From contig NW_019091360.1 of NCBI RefSeq assembly GCF_001949145.1, positions 926,137 through 976,082 on the forward strand: DNA of 49,946 nt. The letters run 5' to 3'. Source of the stretch: Acanthaster planci. Taxonomy: Eukaryota. Shown piece after piece: positions 26,501 through 41,500 of the stretch. The position numbers and the translations under genes were made by a program. How positions within the stretch are numbered: the first letter of the stretch is position 1; each line of letters begins with the position of its first letter. Under the pieces are notes generated by a model, which ran no database searches, was not told the DNA's origin, and saw nothing but the letters and a program-made list of their open reading frames with translations.

Positions 26501-29500
26501 TGTCCTTCCATGGAGTGAAAACTAAAATTGACAAGATGATCACATGGTCACTGTTTATGGACAAAGCCTTTGACTGGAGTGAGATTTGAACCTGCAACTT
26601 CCAGATCACCACACCACCACTTTACCAACTGAGCTATCCTGCCCTATGTTAGGGCTTCTCCCATTTGCCATCTTTGTTCAGGAGGCATTTGTCAAACTCT
26701 ACTGAACCCATAGACAATTAGCCACACTGGCAACATTGTTGCAAACCTTAAAGTTGTGAACAACGACTACTAAAAGAGAATACGGCTTTTGGAACCCAAA
26801 AATCAAATAAACCATATGGGGAAACTGACTGGATGCTTATGGGTTCATTGGCTTCTAACAACCAAATCGTGTATCATCAATGACACTTTGAGTTGACAAC
26901 TTACTAATGTGACAATGGCACACTCAGCAGTCAGCTGGGCAGCGTTGAACAACATCCGAATGAATCTGTAAATGTGCTTGTGTTCAGGATTGGTTTTGAA
27001 GTAGTCATCTGGCAATGGATCTTTCTGTAGGTTGGACAGGAAAAGAATGAAGGAAATAAGAACTTGTAAACACAACGATGTGTTTTGTTTACATGGTGGC
27101 GCCTTTCAGTGAACTAAAAACCACCATCAGATTTAAAACGGAGTGCAAAACAATGGAGAGATCAGTTGATTTAATAAACTTTTGTACTGCAAAAGAAGGT
27201 TGGAGCAAATTCTGTTGAAATGTACAGCTTCTACATGTGCCTCTTCTTTGCCAGAGAAGGCAATGCTTCTACATGTAAGTCAGAGCAGTTAGCCGGCAGC
27301 CCTTTGCAGTAGAGTTTTCTCAGTGTGACAGGTCAGTGTGACTTGCTAAAGATTGAAGTCAATGATGGAGAAATTGAACCAAGAACTGGGTCTTACTGTA
27401 TTTCATTCCACTACCCAGCATACAATCTGCTTTCACAGTCCACTACCGATCTTAAGATTTACAATATAGGTCCAATTTCAAAGAGAACTTGTGCTTACTA
27501 TAGCAGAAACAACATCATACTGCTGCTTAAGCATTCTTCCATGACATGGATGTGGTTGGCCGTGTGACATAAAATTGGGTTTTGCTTAAAAGGTACACTT
27601 TGCTTAAAACACACACTGTCATAACAATATCCAGATGCATGCAAACCATGGCACATTTCTGACATAAGCACAAACATCTTATGCTGACTGAGCACTGTCA
27701 TGTACCGGTAACTGTCCCTAGGCATGACCTTTACCGTAAGCCGATGCAACTTCTCATCAAATATATCCATCTGTCGGTCAGACTCCCTGTTTTTGATGTG
27801 GTAGTAAATTGCAAGAGCAACACTGAAAAACAAAATAAAAAAGAAAGAAAGAAATAAACACATCAATCAACATGACATCCACCAATGGAAAACTTCCATT
27901 CCCGTGTCAGATCGGAGCACAGAATAGGGTGGTGGCATGACGACTGCTCTCGTGAGAGGCAACCCATTTTAAGCCATTATCATTAGACAAAATGTTAGCT
28001 GGCAAGAGCGAGTTCAAAGTACCAAAGTTTGGCCATCTGGTTCCTGTAGGGTCTGATCAAAAGAGGAGAAGACCACGTGGTTCCCCCCAGATCAGCCACT
28101 GATCAAGANNNNNNNNNNNNNNNNNNNNNNNNNNNNNNNNNNNNNNNNNNNNNNNNNNNNNNNNNNNNNNNNNNNNNNNNNNNNNNNNNNNNNNNNNNNN
28201 NNNNNNNNNNNNNNNNNNNNNNNNNNNNNNNNNNNNNNNNNNNNNNNNNNNNNNNNNNNNNNNNNNNNNNNNNNNNNNNNNNNNNNNNNNNNNNNNNNNN
28301 NNNNNNNNNNNNNNNNNNNNNNNNNNNNNNNNNNNNNNNNNNNNNNNNNNNNNNNNNNNNNNNNNNNNNNNNNNNNNNNNNNNNNNNNNNNNNNNNNNNN
28401 NNNNNNNNNNNNNNNNNNNNNNNNNNNNNNNNNNNNNNNNNNNNNNNNNNNNNNNNNNNNNNNNNNNNNNNNNNNNNNNNNNNNNNNNNNNNNNNNNNNN
28501 NNNNNNNNNNNNNNNNNNNNNNNNNNNNNNNNNNNNNNNNNNNNNNNNNNNNNNNNNNNNNNNNNNNNNNNNNNNNNNNNNNNNNNNNNNNNNNNNNNNN
28601 NNNNNNNNNNNNNNNNNNNNNNNNNNNNNNNNNNNNNNNNNNNNNNNNNNNNNNNNNNNNNNNNNNNNNNNNNNNNNNNNNNNNNNNNNNNNNNNNNNNN
28701 NNNNNNNNNNNNNNNNNNNNNNNNNNNNNNNNNNNNNNNNNNNNNNNNNNNNNNNNNNNNNNNNNNNNNNNNNNNNNNNNNNNNNNNNNNNNNNNNNNNN
28801 NNNNNNNNNNNNNNNNNNNNNNNNNNNNNNNNNNNNNNNNNNNNNTTCCCCCAGATCAGCCACCGTTGTTGTAGGTAAATGTTTGGTAAGCTACTACATG
28901 TACATGTATGCACCACACTTTGTAAACAACACAATGAGGCTCAGTTTCATGCAAAACAACTTTGAAGTCTATGTACAGTCATTTGTAAAAGTTTAAGACC
29001 CCCTGGAATTTTATTGGTATTTCTGTCACTGGGCCTGCATTACATCTCATTGAATGATTACTTAACATGATTTTACAGTGGTGCATAACATCAGTGTAGT
29101 GCTATATGCCCATTTGAATGAAATTTTTTGCAAAGGCAGGTCTTGTATGACATTTTGCCTGTAAGGCACCACGGGTAAAAAAAGCCAGTCTTAGTAATCA
29201 GAAATAAAGGAGGGCACACTAAATCTTAGACTGTTACCATTTTGAATCATGGAAATGTAGTCAAATACATTGTAGCTGTGTAACCAAGATACTAAGGTTA
29301 CACAATAAATATAAGTTGACCTGAATGATTGGTTAAAGTTAGTTTTTTTTCAGGTTAATGCATTTTGTATGGGTGGTCCTAAACTTCTGCAATTGACTAT
29401 ATATATAATTGACTATGAAATATTGTGTATAAAAATCATCATGGTACGGTATTCCAGAGGTCGCAGGTTCAACTCCCACTCCAGTCAATTTCTTTGTTCA

Positions 29501-32500
29501 TCTTTATAATCCCTATATACATGTAGTTTCTTTCATTATAAAAAATCACATCAGTCAACGTTTTTGCCACAAACAACCCGTTTTTTCTTAAACGTTTTAC
29601 CATTTATCAAAGCTTTGAAGGCTTGCTTAATACCAACAGGTACATTTAAATACTGAACATGGCTGCCACAGTCTTTGCTTACAGGTATGACAATGGCAGA
29701 TATACATGTGTACAAGTCAGGTCACATGGAACAGTCAGAGTGCCCTATACAGTACTACATGATTTCATGGGAGTGTTCCTGGGGTATCCCTGGACTGGAA
29801 CTCACTAGGCATGTCACACAGAATATCTGTATTGGGTTCTTCCAATGATACCTGTTGAACAAGCCCATGTCAATACACCACCGGTAGAACAGTTGGACTA
29901 AAGTATTACACTGCATGCACTAAAACCAAAAGATCAAATTGCTGACACTTCTACATCATGACCCAAAGCCACTTCACACTTTAGCAGTCATCTCATCCAT
30001 GAAATTGGGTACATGTGCAACTAGCTACATGTGCATGCATTAATTGATCCTGTAAGTTGTGGTTCACATGGATACAGGTTGATGTTGAAATGTTTACATG
30101 TATGTTGTCCACACGTACCGTACATTGCAACATGTGATGGCTAATCCAAGCGTATGATTCTTGGTGTATTCAAAAGGGAACTGCAATCTCGTGGATCAAT
30201 GTCACAAGATCAATATTTAAATTCTACATGAATTGCCCGAGAGTCTGGAATACACACAGATCAGTACATGATGTATAATTTCTGTTTGCTCTAAGTACAA
30301 TTTAAATTCTGCTTTAAATATAGCTGTCAACTCCACATGTGGGACCACTGGACTTTCTCCTTTTACAGGATACGTGTAATTGCAGAGGAAACTATTTTGG
30401 GTACCAACGTGAAATTCAATACCACTCTTCCTGATATAGCTACAACCTCTACATGTAATGCCAAATCTATGGTATTAGTGATAAATGCTGTAACTATATC
30501 CTGTCAGTGCCATCCATTATTCAGGTGACCAGACTCCACCGAATCACCTGCTGTGTATATTGTGAATGTTTATCTTGGCTCTCTTTTTACAATAATTCTT
30601 TGGGACTTTTCTTCAAGCTTCAAACTTTGCTTGACATCATAATGTATCAAATTACCACTAATTTCAATTTTAAAAAAAGAAGACTAAATTCTTTCAGTTT
30701 AACCTTGTGAACTAAGGTATGTACATGTACATGTAAGATGTGAATTCATAATTTAGAATCTTGAGTTGGGCAATTCCTTTGGTGTTGAGGGTAAAGTTGC
30801 CCGACATTTACATCTGCGGTTACTGCAAGGGCAAGCCAGGTACATTTTAGATTTGAATGATGCAAAAAATTCGTATCAAAACTTACGTGTAACTTGATAT
30901 TTTCCAAATGCCAGTAACATAAACAAAAATGTGAATGACCAGCCACATACACATGAACATGCCCACATACTTGTATATGGTTTGTTGGGGTGCCAGAGAG
31001 TGTGCAAGAAATACGTGTACAGCACAGAGTAACGCCAGTGAGTATGGTTATTGAAACAAGCACCAAAAACAACTAAACACACAAGCACTGGTACATACAC
31101 ATTACACTTGTATGCTGGTGGGAATATTTGTTCTCGTGTACATATTTATGGTGCCTTCTGGGATACCAGAACAATAGGAAGTACATGTACCGCAGACGGA
31201 ACACTGGTTGTCCTAGTGGGGTACTTAAATGGTACACAAAACTGATATTTGGAATTTACACAAAAAAGGAGGAATTTCCAAGGTTTACTAATCTGTCGCA
31301 ATTTTTTTAGGGGCGGGAGAATACATGTACATGTATGTTTGACATGTAATGAACCTTCCATACGTGTGTACAGCTTCCTACAAGAAACAGTAGGCCTACA
31401 TCTATACATGACATGCCATTAAATGGACTGTACATGTACCTTCCATTGGGGCAAACACCAGGTGAAGCGGAACCTTCAAATACTTGACACAATCTAATTA
31501 CTAGCTCCAATGTACTGTACATTACAATCCACAGGCCGGATTGCTCTCTAATCTGTTTCCTGCCTTCAGGAATCAGACAACTGTGCATTTTCTGGGACAG
31601 CTGTGAAGTGTAATCAGAGACATTGGAATTGGGGATAGATCAAAGATATTCATTTCATACATACATGTAAACATATACATGTACATGTAGTTGGCTCACA
31701 AACTATGGCAGAGCTCAGTCTTGTCCAGATTTATTGAATTTATACTTTTCTTTGTTTTTCTGATTAACGGTCACCCTATTTTTACTTTTTGATCTGTTTC
31801 CTGGCATTTTCATCATCAACCTCAATCAAAAACTTGAAACAATGTTATAATGATGTGTGAGCGTATCTTAGGCAGAGGATCCTTGACCATTTTTTACCCA
31901 TATTTGAAGCATTACTGATGTGCATTTGGCAGTGATGTATCCAGGTTTGAAGTCCACGGATACAAAATGAGAATTTCTGTTGAAATGACCGTCCCAATTT
32001 TTTGTCTTTTACATGTAGTTAAAAACAACAAATCTTCCACTGAAGAAAGATGCCTTACATCCTTCTATTCCTTAAAAAAAAAATTTTCTAATGTCAGGTG
32101 GGGGGAGGGGCCAAATCAGGTGCCTCCCCTCCCCTACCACTATGCCCAACACAATAAAAAACCCTGGATGTTGTTGGCACAACATACATGTAGCGGTATG
32201 TACACACATGTACACATTTGTTTGTATACACGCAACGTAGAGTGCACATGTTATTTTTATCTGAATATTCACAAACCTTTAACCCACAGGTACTGAGCTC
32301 TTAACAGACCAGTGCTCTAATGTCTGCCAAACCTCTCCTTTTGTCAACACTGCAGGCATACTTGTGGATGGAATTCAAGAACCTTTTCAAAAATTTACGA
32401 GGTAAGTTTGAGCGACAACCACAGTTAGCCATAGCTGGACCAATGTCGCCTGAACAAAAGAGGGTTTGGCAACGATTTGGAACCAGGGCCTTGGGCCATT

Positions 32501-35500
32501 GCCATACTGCTGGTTGTCAATGTTGCCAATTACATTTAACAGTATGGAGGGAACCATTCACTTGAAAATAACTGTACGGGATGTCACAGACCATGAACGC
32601 CACAGTGTACAGCCAATGGCAGTATGTGACGAGATCTTAGTGCATGTAGTTTAAGTACGACTGTATTGTGTGTGTGCATTGTTAATAAAGCAATATCAAA
32701 CCATAATTCACGCCCAAACTTGTCTTCCATGCGTCAGTACATCTACATGTACATAGTATGTACAGTGCAATGTGCATGTGCAATGCCCCTCGGGAGGCCA
32801 AGAAACCCATCATTTCAGGATACACTTTTAGAAATTCTTCTTTCCAAACACAAAGCATACCAACTTCCTGTTACATGTACAATGTATATTAAAAAGTACA
32901 AGTGCATATACATGCACGCTCATGTACATGTATAATCTACCGTACATACTGTAACAATGATACCATAAGATTGGCTAAGCATGGCATTATTGAGAGATTT
33001 CCATTACCACATGGGGGTTTCCAAGGAAGATCCATTAGTCACTGTCCTTGGCCAAATGTCCCATTTCAGGATGCACTTCAAAGATGGGTTTGTAAAAACA
33101 TACTGATTTCCTGTTACGCATACTTTTCCAGCATCTGCTCACAGGCACACAATATCTAAAAATCTGGCCTTAATAATGCCAGTCATAGTACAATAAGCCA
33201 ATTTGGCAGTGCACATTACTTCAAGGCAAGGTCATTTGAGAACAAAGCACCTTCCACGTAGTGCGTCATGCCAGCTTAAACATGTTCAGTGTGTTTTGAG
33301 TTGGCATATGGCAGCGTTGATAAGAAACAACCTCACTCACTCGTACTGATGTTTTCAAATGACCCTCTTTTCAAATTGTGCATTGTTGTACTTCATTTTG
33401 TGCATAAAACCACTTTTGAAATATTGAACTAGCTAAAAAAATTCCCTTAATTAATTAAATACGGTGCAAACACAAATACACATACATGTGGGTATATGTA
33501 CATAAACACATGCACAGTGAGCATACATGTATAAAGACCCATTGAGTGACATACCGGTATCCAAAATATTATGGAGAAAGTACACATACATGTACATAAA
33601 ATACACGAACATATTAGACTTATGGTACATGTACGGTACATGTATACGTACTGTACATGTACATGTCATTGTTTATAAACTTGGCTCATTTGAATCAGAT
33701 CTTCTGTATCTGTCAATAAAGTCTATATACATATCAATACTCATGCGAGGGAATATTTGTTAAGTTAAATGAAGTATGCTGATTCCAAAAGTTTCATTAC
33801 TGTGCCAACTTCTCTGGGTTTGGACTATCATGATTTTGAGGATTTATTTATTTCTGTTCATCCAACAGCGCTTTCAGAACCAATTTACAGGATGAAAAGG
33901 AACGACAAGAAAGAAGATAATGAAGAAATGTTTACAAGTAATTTACAAATGGAAGGACAACCCTGGACAACATTTCAGGCAAACCAACCGAATCAGGTAG
34001 GAACTGACAACCCAATCCACCTGCTGACCTGTACAGTAGGTGGGATTCGAACCCGGGCTGCAAAGGGAGAAGGTAGGGAAAGAAACCCCTGTGCAAACTT
34101 GACTCCCCTTAGGTGTTGTGATTATTTTAATTCTTATCATTTCAGTTTGATGTACTATACACAGTCATACATGCACAAGTCCATAAATTTGTATACTACA
34201 GTACAGTGCATAGATGCACAATCAATGTACATGTACGTGTACATTGTACATACTGTATGCACATGCTAAATGTACAATGAACAGAAAAACCGGTGCTACA
34301 TTTTAAAGGGCAAAAACAAAGTCCTTGAAAATGCATTTCCCAGTCACATTTAACCTTTTGTTTTGCCATTTCAAAGGGCACCTTGTGTCTTCTGTGCTGC
34401 AACGTTTTTTGTTGTTCCAGTTCTTGGCAGTTTGCCCATTAACAAGGTTTTCATTTTATTAACCCTAATGCCCAGGTCCTTTTGGCTAGGGGGCACTTTC
34501 AATCGTTCACATTCCTCCTACACCCTCTATGGAAAAATTGGATACAGCCTCAGTTCCCAAAAATTATCCGATATTTCTTAAATAGGTTCCCTGAACGAGT
34601 GCCCAGTGCCTAAATCCTTCAAAATTCTCCAGCAATTCATCACTTTATGAGGAGGCAGAGGTATCCTATTCTAAAGTTGGCTTGAATTTGTGTATGGCGG
34701 TGTACACACAACACAAGGTCTCACGTAAGACCTTGAGATAATGCACGCTTCACAATCGGCTACACAATCAGCTCAATTCTTCCAAAATTCTCAAAACCAA
34801 ACAAATAAACAAATCAGCCTGGAGGATTTTGGGAGATTGAGGAAGGATAGGGATAATGAGCAATTGGCTTTTCAATTAAGAATGTCTTAATTAGCCAAAA
34901 TGGTCCATTTCACTTTTATGAGTGATCCTCACAGAGCTTAACTTGCTCAAGGTCAAATCCCATACACCACTCACCATTTGATGGTGGCCTTGAGGTTGGG
35001 CTGAGTGACAGTGCTATCATCGATATATATCGTCGAGCAAGAGCTGGACTTAGTCAGTAACCTGCTCCGCCTGTGATGGGCAGCCTGCTCATTCAGACAC
35101 TGTAGTTGGTTCTGTTTCCGTCTCTCACGAACCACTTCTGATATCACATGGATTGGCAAGAAAAAGGAAATGAAATAAACTCGTTTACACTGACTTCACA
35201 AAAGATTTCAACTAATTACTTTTACTGAAATTCCATTCAATCTTAAAAGTTTTGCATGTTTATTGACAATTTGTGTTCAAAAGCTGAATGAAATTGAAAA
35301 TCGTTACTGACATTTTTTGATGAAACTTTGCTGAACATGTTTTTGGATCAAAAGGTTCTAAAGATGTCAGTACAGCCAAACCTGAACATTTCTTTTGGTA
35401 AACAGTGACGTCTTCTCTGCTATGTTAATTAGTTTACTCTAAAGTTCCACCCATGTAAATGTATCTCCATGGCTATACATTAAGTTCACACTCAAATTTC

Positions 35501-38500
35501 AAACGATCTGCCAAACAATAAGATTTCAAGCAGTTTTCACAAGGAAGCACTCAAAACATATTACTCTAGTTCTGTTAAACTAGAACATGTCTCTAACTCA
35601 ATGAGTATGTTGGGCCAATTACATGTACCAGTGTACTGATCATTTAGAGAAAAGGGAAGTAATGACTCAGAAAATGACCCATAAATAGTTAGCTAACTCC
35701 AAGCAAACCAACAGTCATGAAAATCTGTGAATTTAAGGTCAACAAAAATATATTCACAGAATGTGACATAAAAGGGCTTGTCCAAGACTTGCCTTTGAAC
35801 AAACTTGCCTTTTACATGTATTCTGCGATTTAAAAATTAAAGTTGTCTGGCTAAAAACTCACCAAGTGTTTGCGACTTGGTCATAAATAACGTGCTCGTT
35901 TTGGGATGGAGGGAAGGATCCTCGGTGTCTTCTGCAAGAATGACCCAAACAAAAAAGACCAAAAATCAACATGAGATACATCTTGTCTATCATTCAAAGA
36001 ATTATCTTCATGACAGTATATTTAACAGATTGACATAACCCTCTACCCATGAACACATACAGCAGCAATCAATCCGCCCTGAGTTGAAGTGCACCCCCCA
36101 AGCAGCAACAGAAAGACAGGTGGTGGTAGGTTTTCTAAGCAGGTTCTTGCACACATTCTGCGCGTAGGCAAAGACCACACATTAAAGAATAAATTTGTTA
36201 TGCGTACTCATCGTGCTCTGTGTCAAATATGCCATTGATCTCCATTATAAACGCGCACCTATGCAGTAAGTACCAAAAAAAAAATGCCCTCTTTATTTCC
36301 TTTCGGAGCAGATAAAGTGTACATGCACACAGGGCATTCATACATGTACATCTCAAAGGTACAATCCATCAATTTGCAGGTGTCCAAAAAGAAACTGACT
36401 GTTACTAAAACATAGTAACATACTCTGGTACTTGGGTTAAAAATAGTTATAGGACATAACTCCATGTGAAATTAATGTCTCTGGCAAGCTGCCATTTTGA
36501 AGAAAACAAATGGGGAGACTGTTTACAACCTCTCTCAAGAGGACTGCACCATAACATGGCTAGAGGGATGTTAAAAAAGAGTAAATTTGTTGAACAAAAG
36601 CACTCGAAATTTTTAATTTTTCAAACTTCTTGTGGCTTTGTGACATTTATGAAAAGGAATAAAGACATTTAAATGTTTATTGTCTAGATAACAATCATGT
36701 CCCTCGCCTTCGCCTCAGGCATAATCACCTTTTATTCTCGTGAGCCAGTCTTAAATGAATGTTTAAGGCCAGTCAAGCAATATGAATGTATTTTTTCCCT
36801 TACGAATATGTACATGTACATGTATGTACGTGAAGTACAGTGTGTTTCTACTGTAGCCACCGACTACAAAATGTGGTACAGTACAATCAATCGTTCCATT
36901 ATTTTTATTCATATTTTGGGTAATTTCACAATTTGGACAAACAATCCATGTAAAGAGTGCTTGTATAAGGGGTACCAATGGAAACAGATTAAAAAAGTTC
37001 CAAAATGTATTAAAGATTGAAAGCAATTTTTAAAAAATTGATTAAATGCCAAGCTTTCAACCAAATTTCATATTCCTCTTTGATGGCTGAAGAATGAATT
37101 TGCAGATATTGGTTTAATAATGCGGCCACAGACGCACACGCTTATCCCCGCTTTGTGCTAATTGTTGCCCAAGATCAACCATTTGAATCCATAAATCTGC
37201 AAGGTTCACTTATTAAGGAGAAATTATCTTTCTGGCAAATACATGTACCGTATACTCGAGGACAAAGATGATTCATCTTGCAATGAAGACTCTGAATATC
37301 AGACTCACGCCACAACCTGATCTTAAGTAAATGCTGATTTTTCATCACTAGTCTCGTAACCACCTTGAAGTGTATATTTACTTTAATGTCGGGTCTTTGG
37401 ATGAAGACCTTGTAAGCACTCAGGGGAAAAAAAATCAACTTTACCTGGTTACGTGGGGAAAATGGGAAAATGTCTGGGAAAAGTCACAAGAAATTGAATT
37501 GACTCATAGAGGACTGTTAGCCCAATGGGACACACAGTCTTGCTAGTGAGGTACATTTAATACAGATTGATAGGGTAGAGAGGCTGACAGTGTTTATTTG
37601 TGCAACTTTGATACATAAGTACAATTCAGGTTTCTCTATACATTGTGCCTCAATAGAAAATAAACTGGCAATCGCATATGTTTACAAGAGACATCAGAAT
37701 TAAGAATGAACAATGGTTGGACGGGCAGAATTGGAATTCTATCCCTGGAAATTGTGGAGGATTTCTCATGCAATGTACGTGTATGCAAGCTCTAAACATT
37801 ACTGAAATTGAAAACTGACTGTGTCAAGAAAATTGTCTTGGACATTGAGAGACACTGGTACATGCATGATCCAGGACCAAGACTTTTTAAAACATGATGA
37901 GCATTTAGCCACAAAGCAGACACACAAAGAATATGTACACGTATGCACATGCACATGTATCAGTACCGGAACAATGTACATGTACATGTACATAGATACA
38001 TGTACGTGTACATGTAAAATATAACACAGGGATGAATGTGCATGCATCCATGTACATGTACATGTACGTGTACATGTACATTGTATGAATCAATGCTGCA
38101 TGCAGATATGTGCATCCATGTACTACACCATTGAATGTAATGTAAATGAAAGAAAAAAAATCCTCAGATGGACTAATCTCATTCATGCATTAACCCCATC
38201 CAGTTGTCAATAACCTTGTTAGCTACTGCTGCTAACGAACCTCACCTACATGTACCATCCATTAACATCCTTTTGAAGATAAAAGCAACATAGCAAAGAT
38301 GGAATCATTACAGGTTTACTTTGTACATGCAAATTCACTCAGATCCACATCAAAGGACATTTATGTTTGATTTCTCTCTTTCTTTTTGGTGGCTTTTAGT
38401 TTTATATTGTACATGTACATGTACCGGTTACTCTGATGTCAAAACATCATGATGTGACGTGTAAAGACCCATTAACATTTTTCACTTGACGACCAATACT

Positions 38501-41500
38501 TAGACAAATTCACACTATCAAGAACCACCAAGGGAGGATGTATCTAATTACATGTATATTGGTAATTTTTTGTACGTAAATAATTATGAATGTGCATGTA
38601 ACGAGCCGTCCCAATGCACGAGTGATAGTACACACAAACATTGAAGACTGAGTGATACACTACAGGATGACATGATGTATGCAAGATGTTGACGTGTACA
38701 GTTGATTCCTGGGTTGTTAGACGAAACACTCCTATTAGGTCTAAATGAAGGGGGCAGGTTGTCCAATGCCAATAATGACCCAGCTAGTGCTTGGGTTTCC
38801 TTACTGATACTGATATAATTTCTTAGTGATTAACACTAATGAGGCTCTCAGAAGGAGACATACCTGTAAATGCCACATGTCAATGCCAAACTTATTTGAT
38901 TAATTTGCTCAGCACAGTTTTCGGCAAAGGGGGCCCATTTCATCCCCAAACATTCTGTGTTTAGGTTACAGAGTACAAATTACATGCATCTGCCAAGAAA
39001 GACAAACACAGTAGAAAGCAGCAATGCGGGCAATGAGACATAACAAATGCTAATTTAATCTGGCCGTCAGCTATGAAATGCTTTCAAGTCCATTTGTTTC
39101 CCAGTGTAATTTGATTTCAAGTCACAACAGGACATTAATAAAACAGGTCAGGGTCGTCAAACATCCTCAAAAATTCCTGCCCTTGCGCAGTTAGCTAAGA
39201 GGGATATAATACATGTACTGTACATGGCAGATCTTGGAACCGCAAATATCACTACATTTATAAACACACAAAACATTTAGGTGTATGTGTACATACATGT
39301 ATGTGCATGGCTGCACATTTGCTCTGTACTTGTATGCTGTATACTGTACAATGTACATGTACTGTGTAGGTGTACAGTACGCTATGCCAGCATAGGTACT
39401 GTACATGTACAGCCATAAGTTTAAGATACCACCCATATGAAATGCATTAACCTGAAGGAAAACCAAACTTAAACCAATCAATCATGGCAACTTATGTTTG
39501 TTTTCAATGTGTAACCTTGGTTGAACATTTTGACTACATTTCCATGATTTGACATGTTAACAGTCTAATATTCAGTCTTCCCTCCTTTATTTCTAATTAC
39601 TTAGACTGGCTTTTTTCCCAAGCTGCCTTACAGACAAAATGTCATACAAGTACAAGACCTGCCTTTGCAAAAAAAACGATTTCATTCGAATGGGCATACA
39701 GCACTACACTGATGTTATGCACCACTGTAAAATCATGTTAAGTAATCATTCAATGAGACAATGTAATGCAGGCCCAGTGACAGAAATGGCAATAAAATTC
39801 CAGGTGGTCTGAAACTTTAGCAAATGACTGTACATGAGCATATTGGTTAAGTGGCTCCTGCTAGTGAATAATGAAATACATGTAAGTACATGACCCACAT
39901 TAATGTCAATGAAATTTATACAATGTTTTCCTTCCACTTCCTGTACATGTAGTTTATAAGTTCCCATGTAATGTCTAGAATCATACATGTACTGATAATT
40001 TGCAAGGTATGCAAGAAACTTCCAAACCTGTACATGTACATGTATGTTGGTGTAACTGAAATATCCAATGACAAACAGTTAATCATCTCATGATCTACAT
40101 GTGGGTAACTCCAGAAATGAGGGGTCCAAAAGTGTGGCATTTTTGTGTCTTTACATCTGGCCTTTGTTATTTGACATGGAAATATCGCCGGAATTGATTT
40201 CAAACTATTACTACATGTATTTGTTTGGCAAGTAATTTGCATTAATTCATCACTCTTGGATACTGGAAAGTGTGTTCTCAACTTACAAAATCATATGTCA
40301 GATGTGACAGGGACACGAAAAAAAATGGACCCCTAATTTCTAGAATTACTCCTGTACAAATATACAGGTGCAAGTACATATGTGCATATACGTGTACATG
40401 TATACATGTACCGGTAACAATGAACATTTGACATTTAATACAACCACATGTAACTAATTCAAATCCTCTTATTGGCAAAATGTTGATCACACAATATCTA
40501 TTATTCATCCTAACAAATTAGTGCAGCAGGTGATGCAAATTTTTTTTGCAGTTGATTTTTTCCGAGTATTTACCGCTGAATCGCTGATACTATGATGATA
40601 TCACTGCATACTATACATAATACTTTGCATGATAAAACCTTTGCAACATGCACAGTCAATACGGCTTGGAAAACAGTGGCTTGCTACAAACTATTACATG
40701 TAGCTGAAGGAGATAGATTCTTGGTTTCGTTTCTTAGGGTACATATAAGTTGATAAATACATGTCTGTCTTGCCAGATTTTACTTTCCTCAAAATCGTCA
40801 CTGTACCTGCATCATCAGCACCACAACCCACTTGGAAAGTATTTGTCAACATGACAAAGGGTACATTATTAAGCAAACTGTTACACAATGTGAACGGTGT
40901 TAACAAAACTGCAAGACGAACTACGTAAGAGCCCATTTCTCCTGGACTTTTTCAAGTCTCATCGATTTACACAGGTCTCTGCTGTATGTCAACTTTAAAA
41001 AGTAAGTAATGAACTACGATAACTTGTAGGACATCTCGCTCAATGTGTCACTTGGCTTTGTCGTATCAAGCTTAATGATGTACATGTATATACAGAACAG
41101 TTTTGAAATTTATATATAANNNNNNNNNNNNNNNNNNNNNNNNNNNNNNNNNNNNNNNNNNNNNNNNNNNNNNNNNNNNNNNNNNNNNNNNNNNNNNNNN
41201 NNNNNNNNNNNNNNNNNNNNNNNNNNNNNNNNNNNNNNNNNNNNNTGATGTTTTTGTGCAAGTTCTCGGACAAGCACTGAGCATACAGTGCATATTAATA
41301 TACGTTGGGTACGGGTAAACCGTTATATATAATTAACATCTTCCCAACGCAAAAATACATCTTGAAAGTTTTGAAATTGGCATTAAATCAAATACCTCAT
41401 TTCTTGACAATGCTTTGATTCAAGCGGTTATACATGCACATGTATCTACAAACATCTTTCATAAAATTTCAACAAACAGAATGCCAAGTCAACATTCCAA

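Noticed and set aside
26571..26645. Possible tRNA gene
   Set aside because: A and B boxes are present, but the anticodon and acceptor stems do not pair and a related fragment exists at 29443; this is a SINE head
33769..34269. 166-aa ORF
   Set aside because: Runs antisense through a SINE and TACATG repeats within a CCNY intron; no protein-like features
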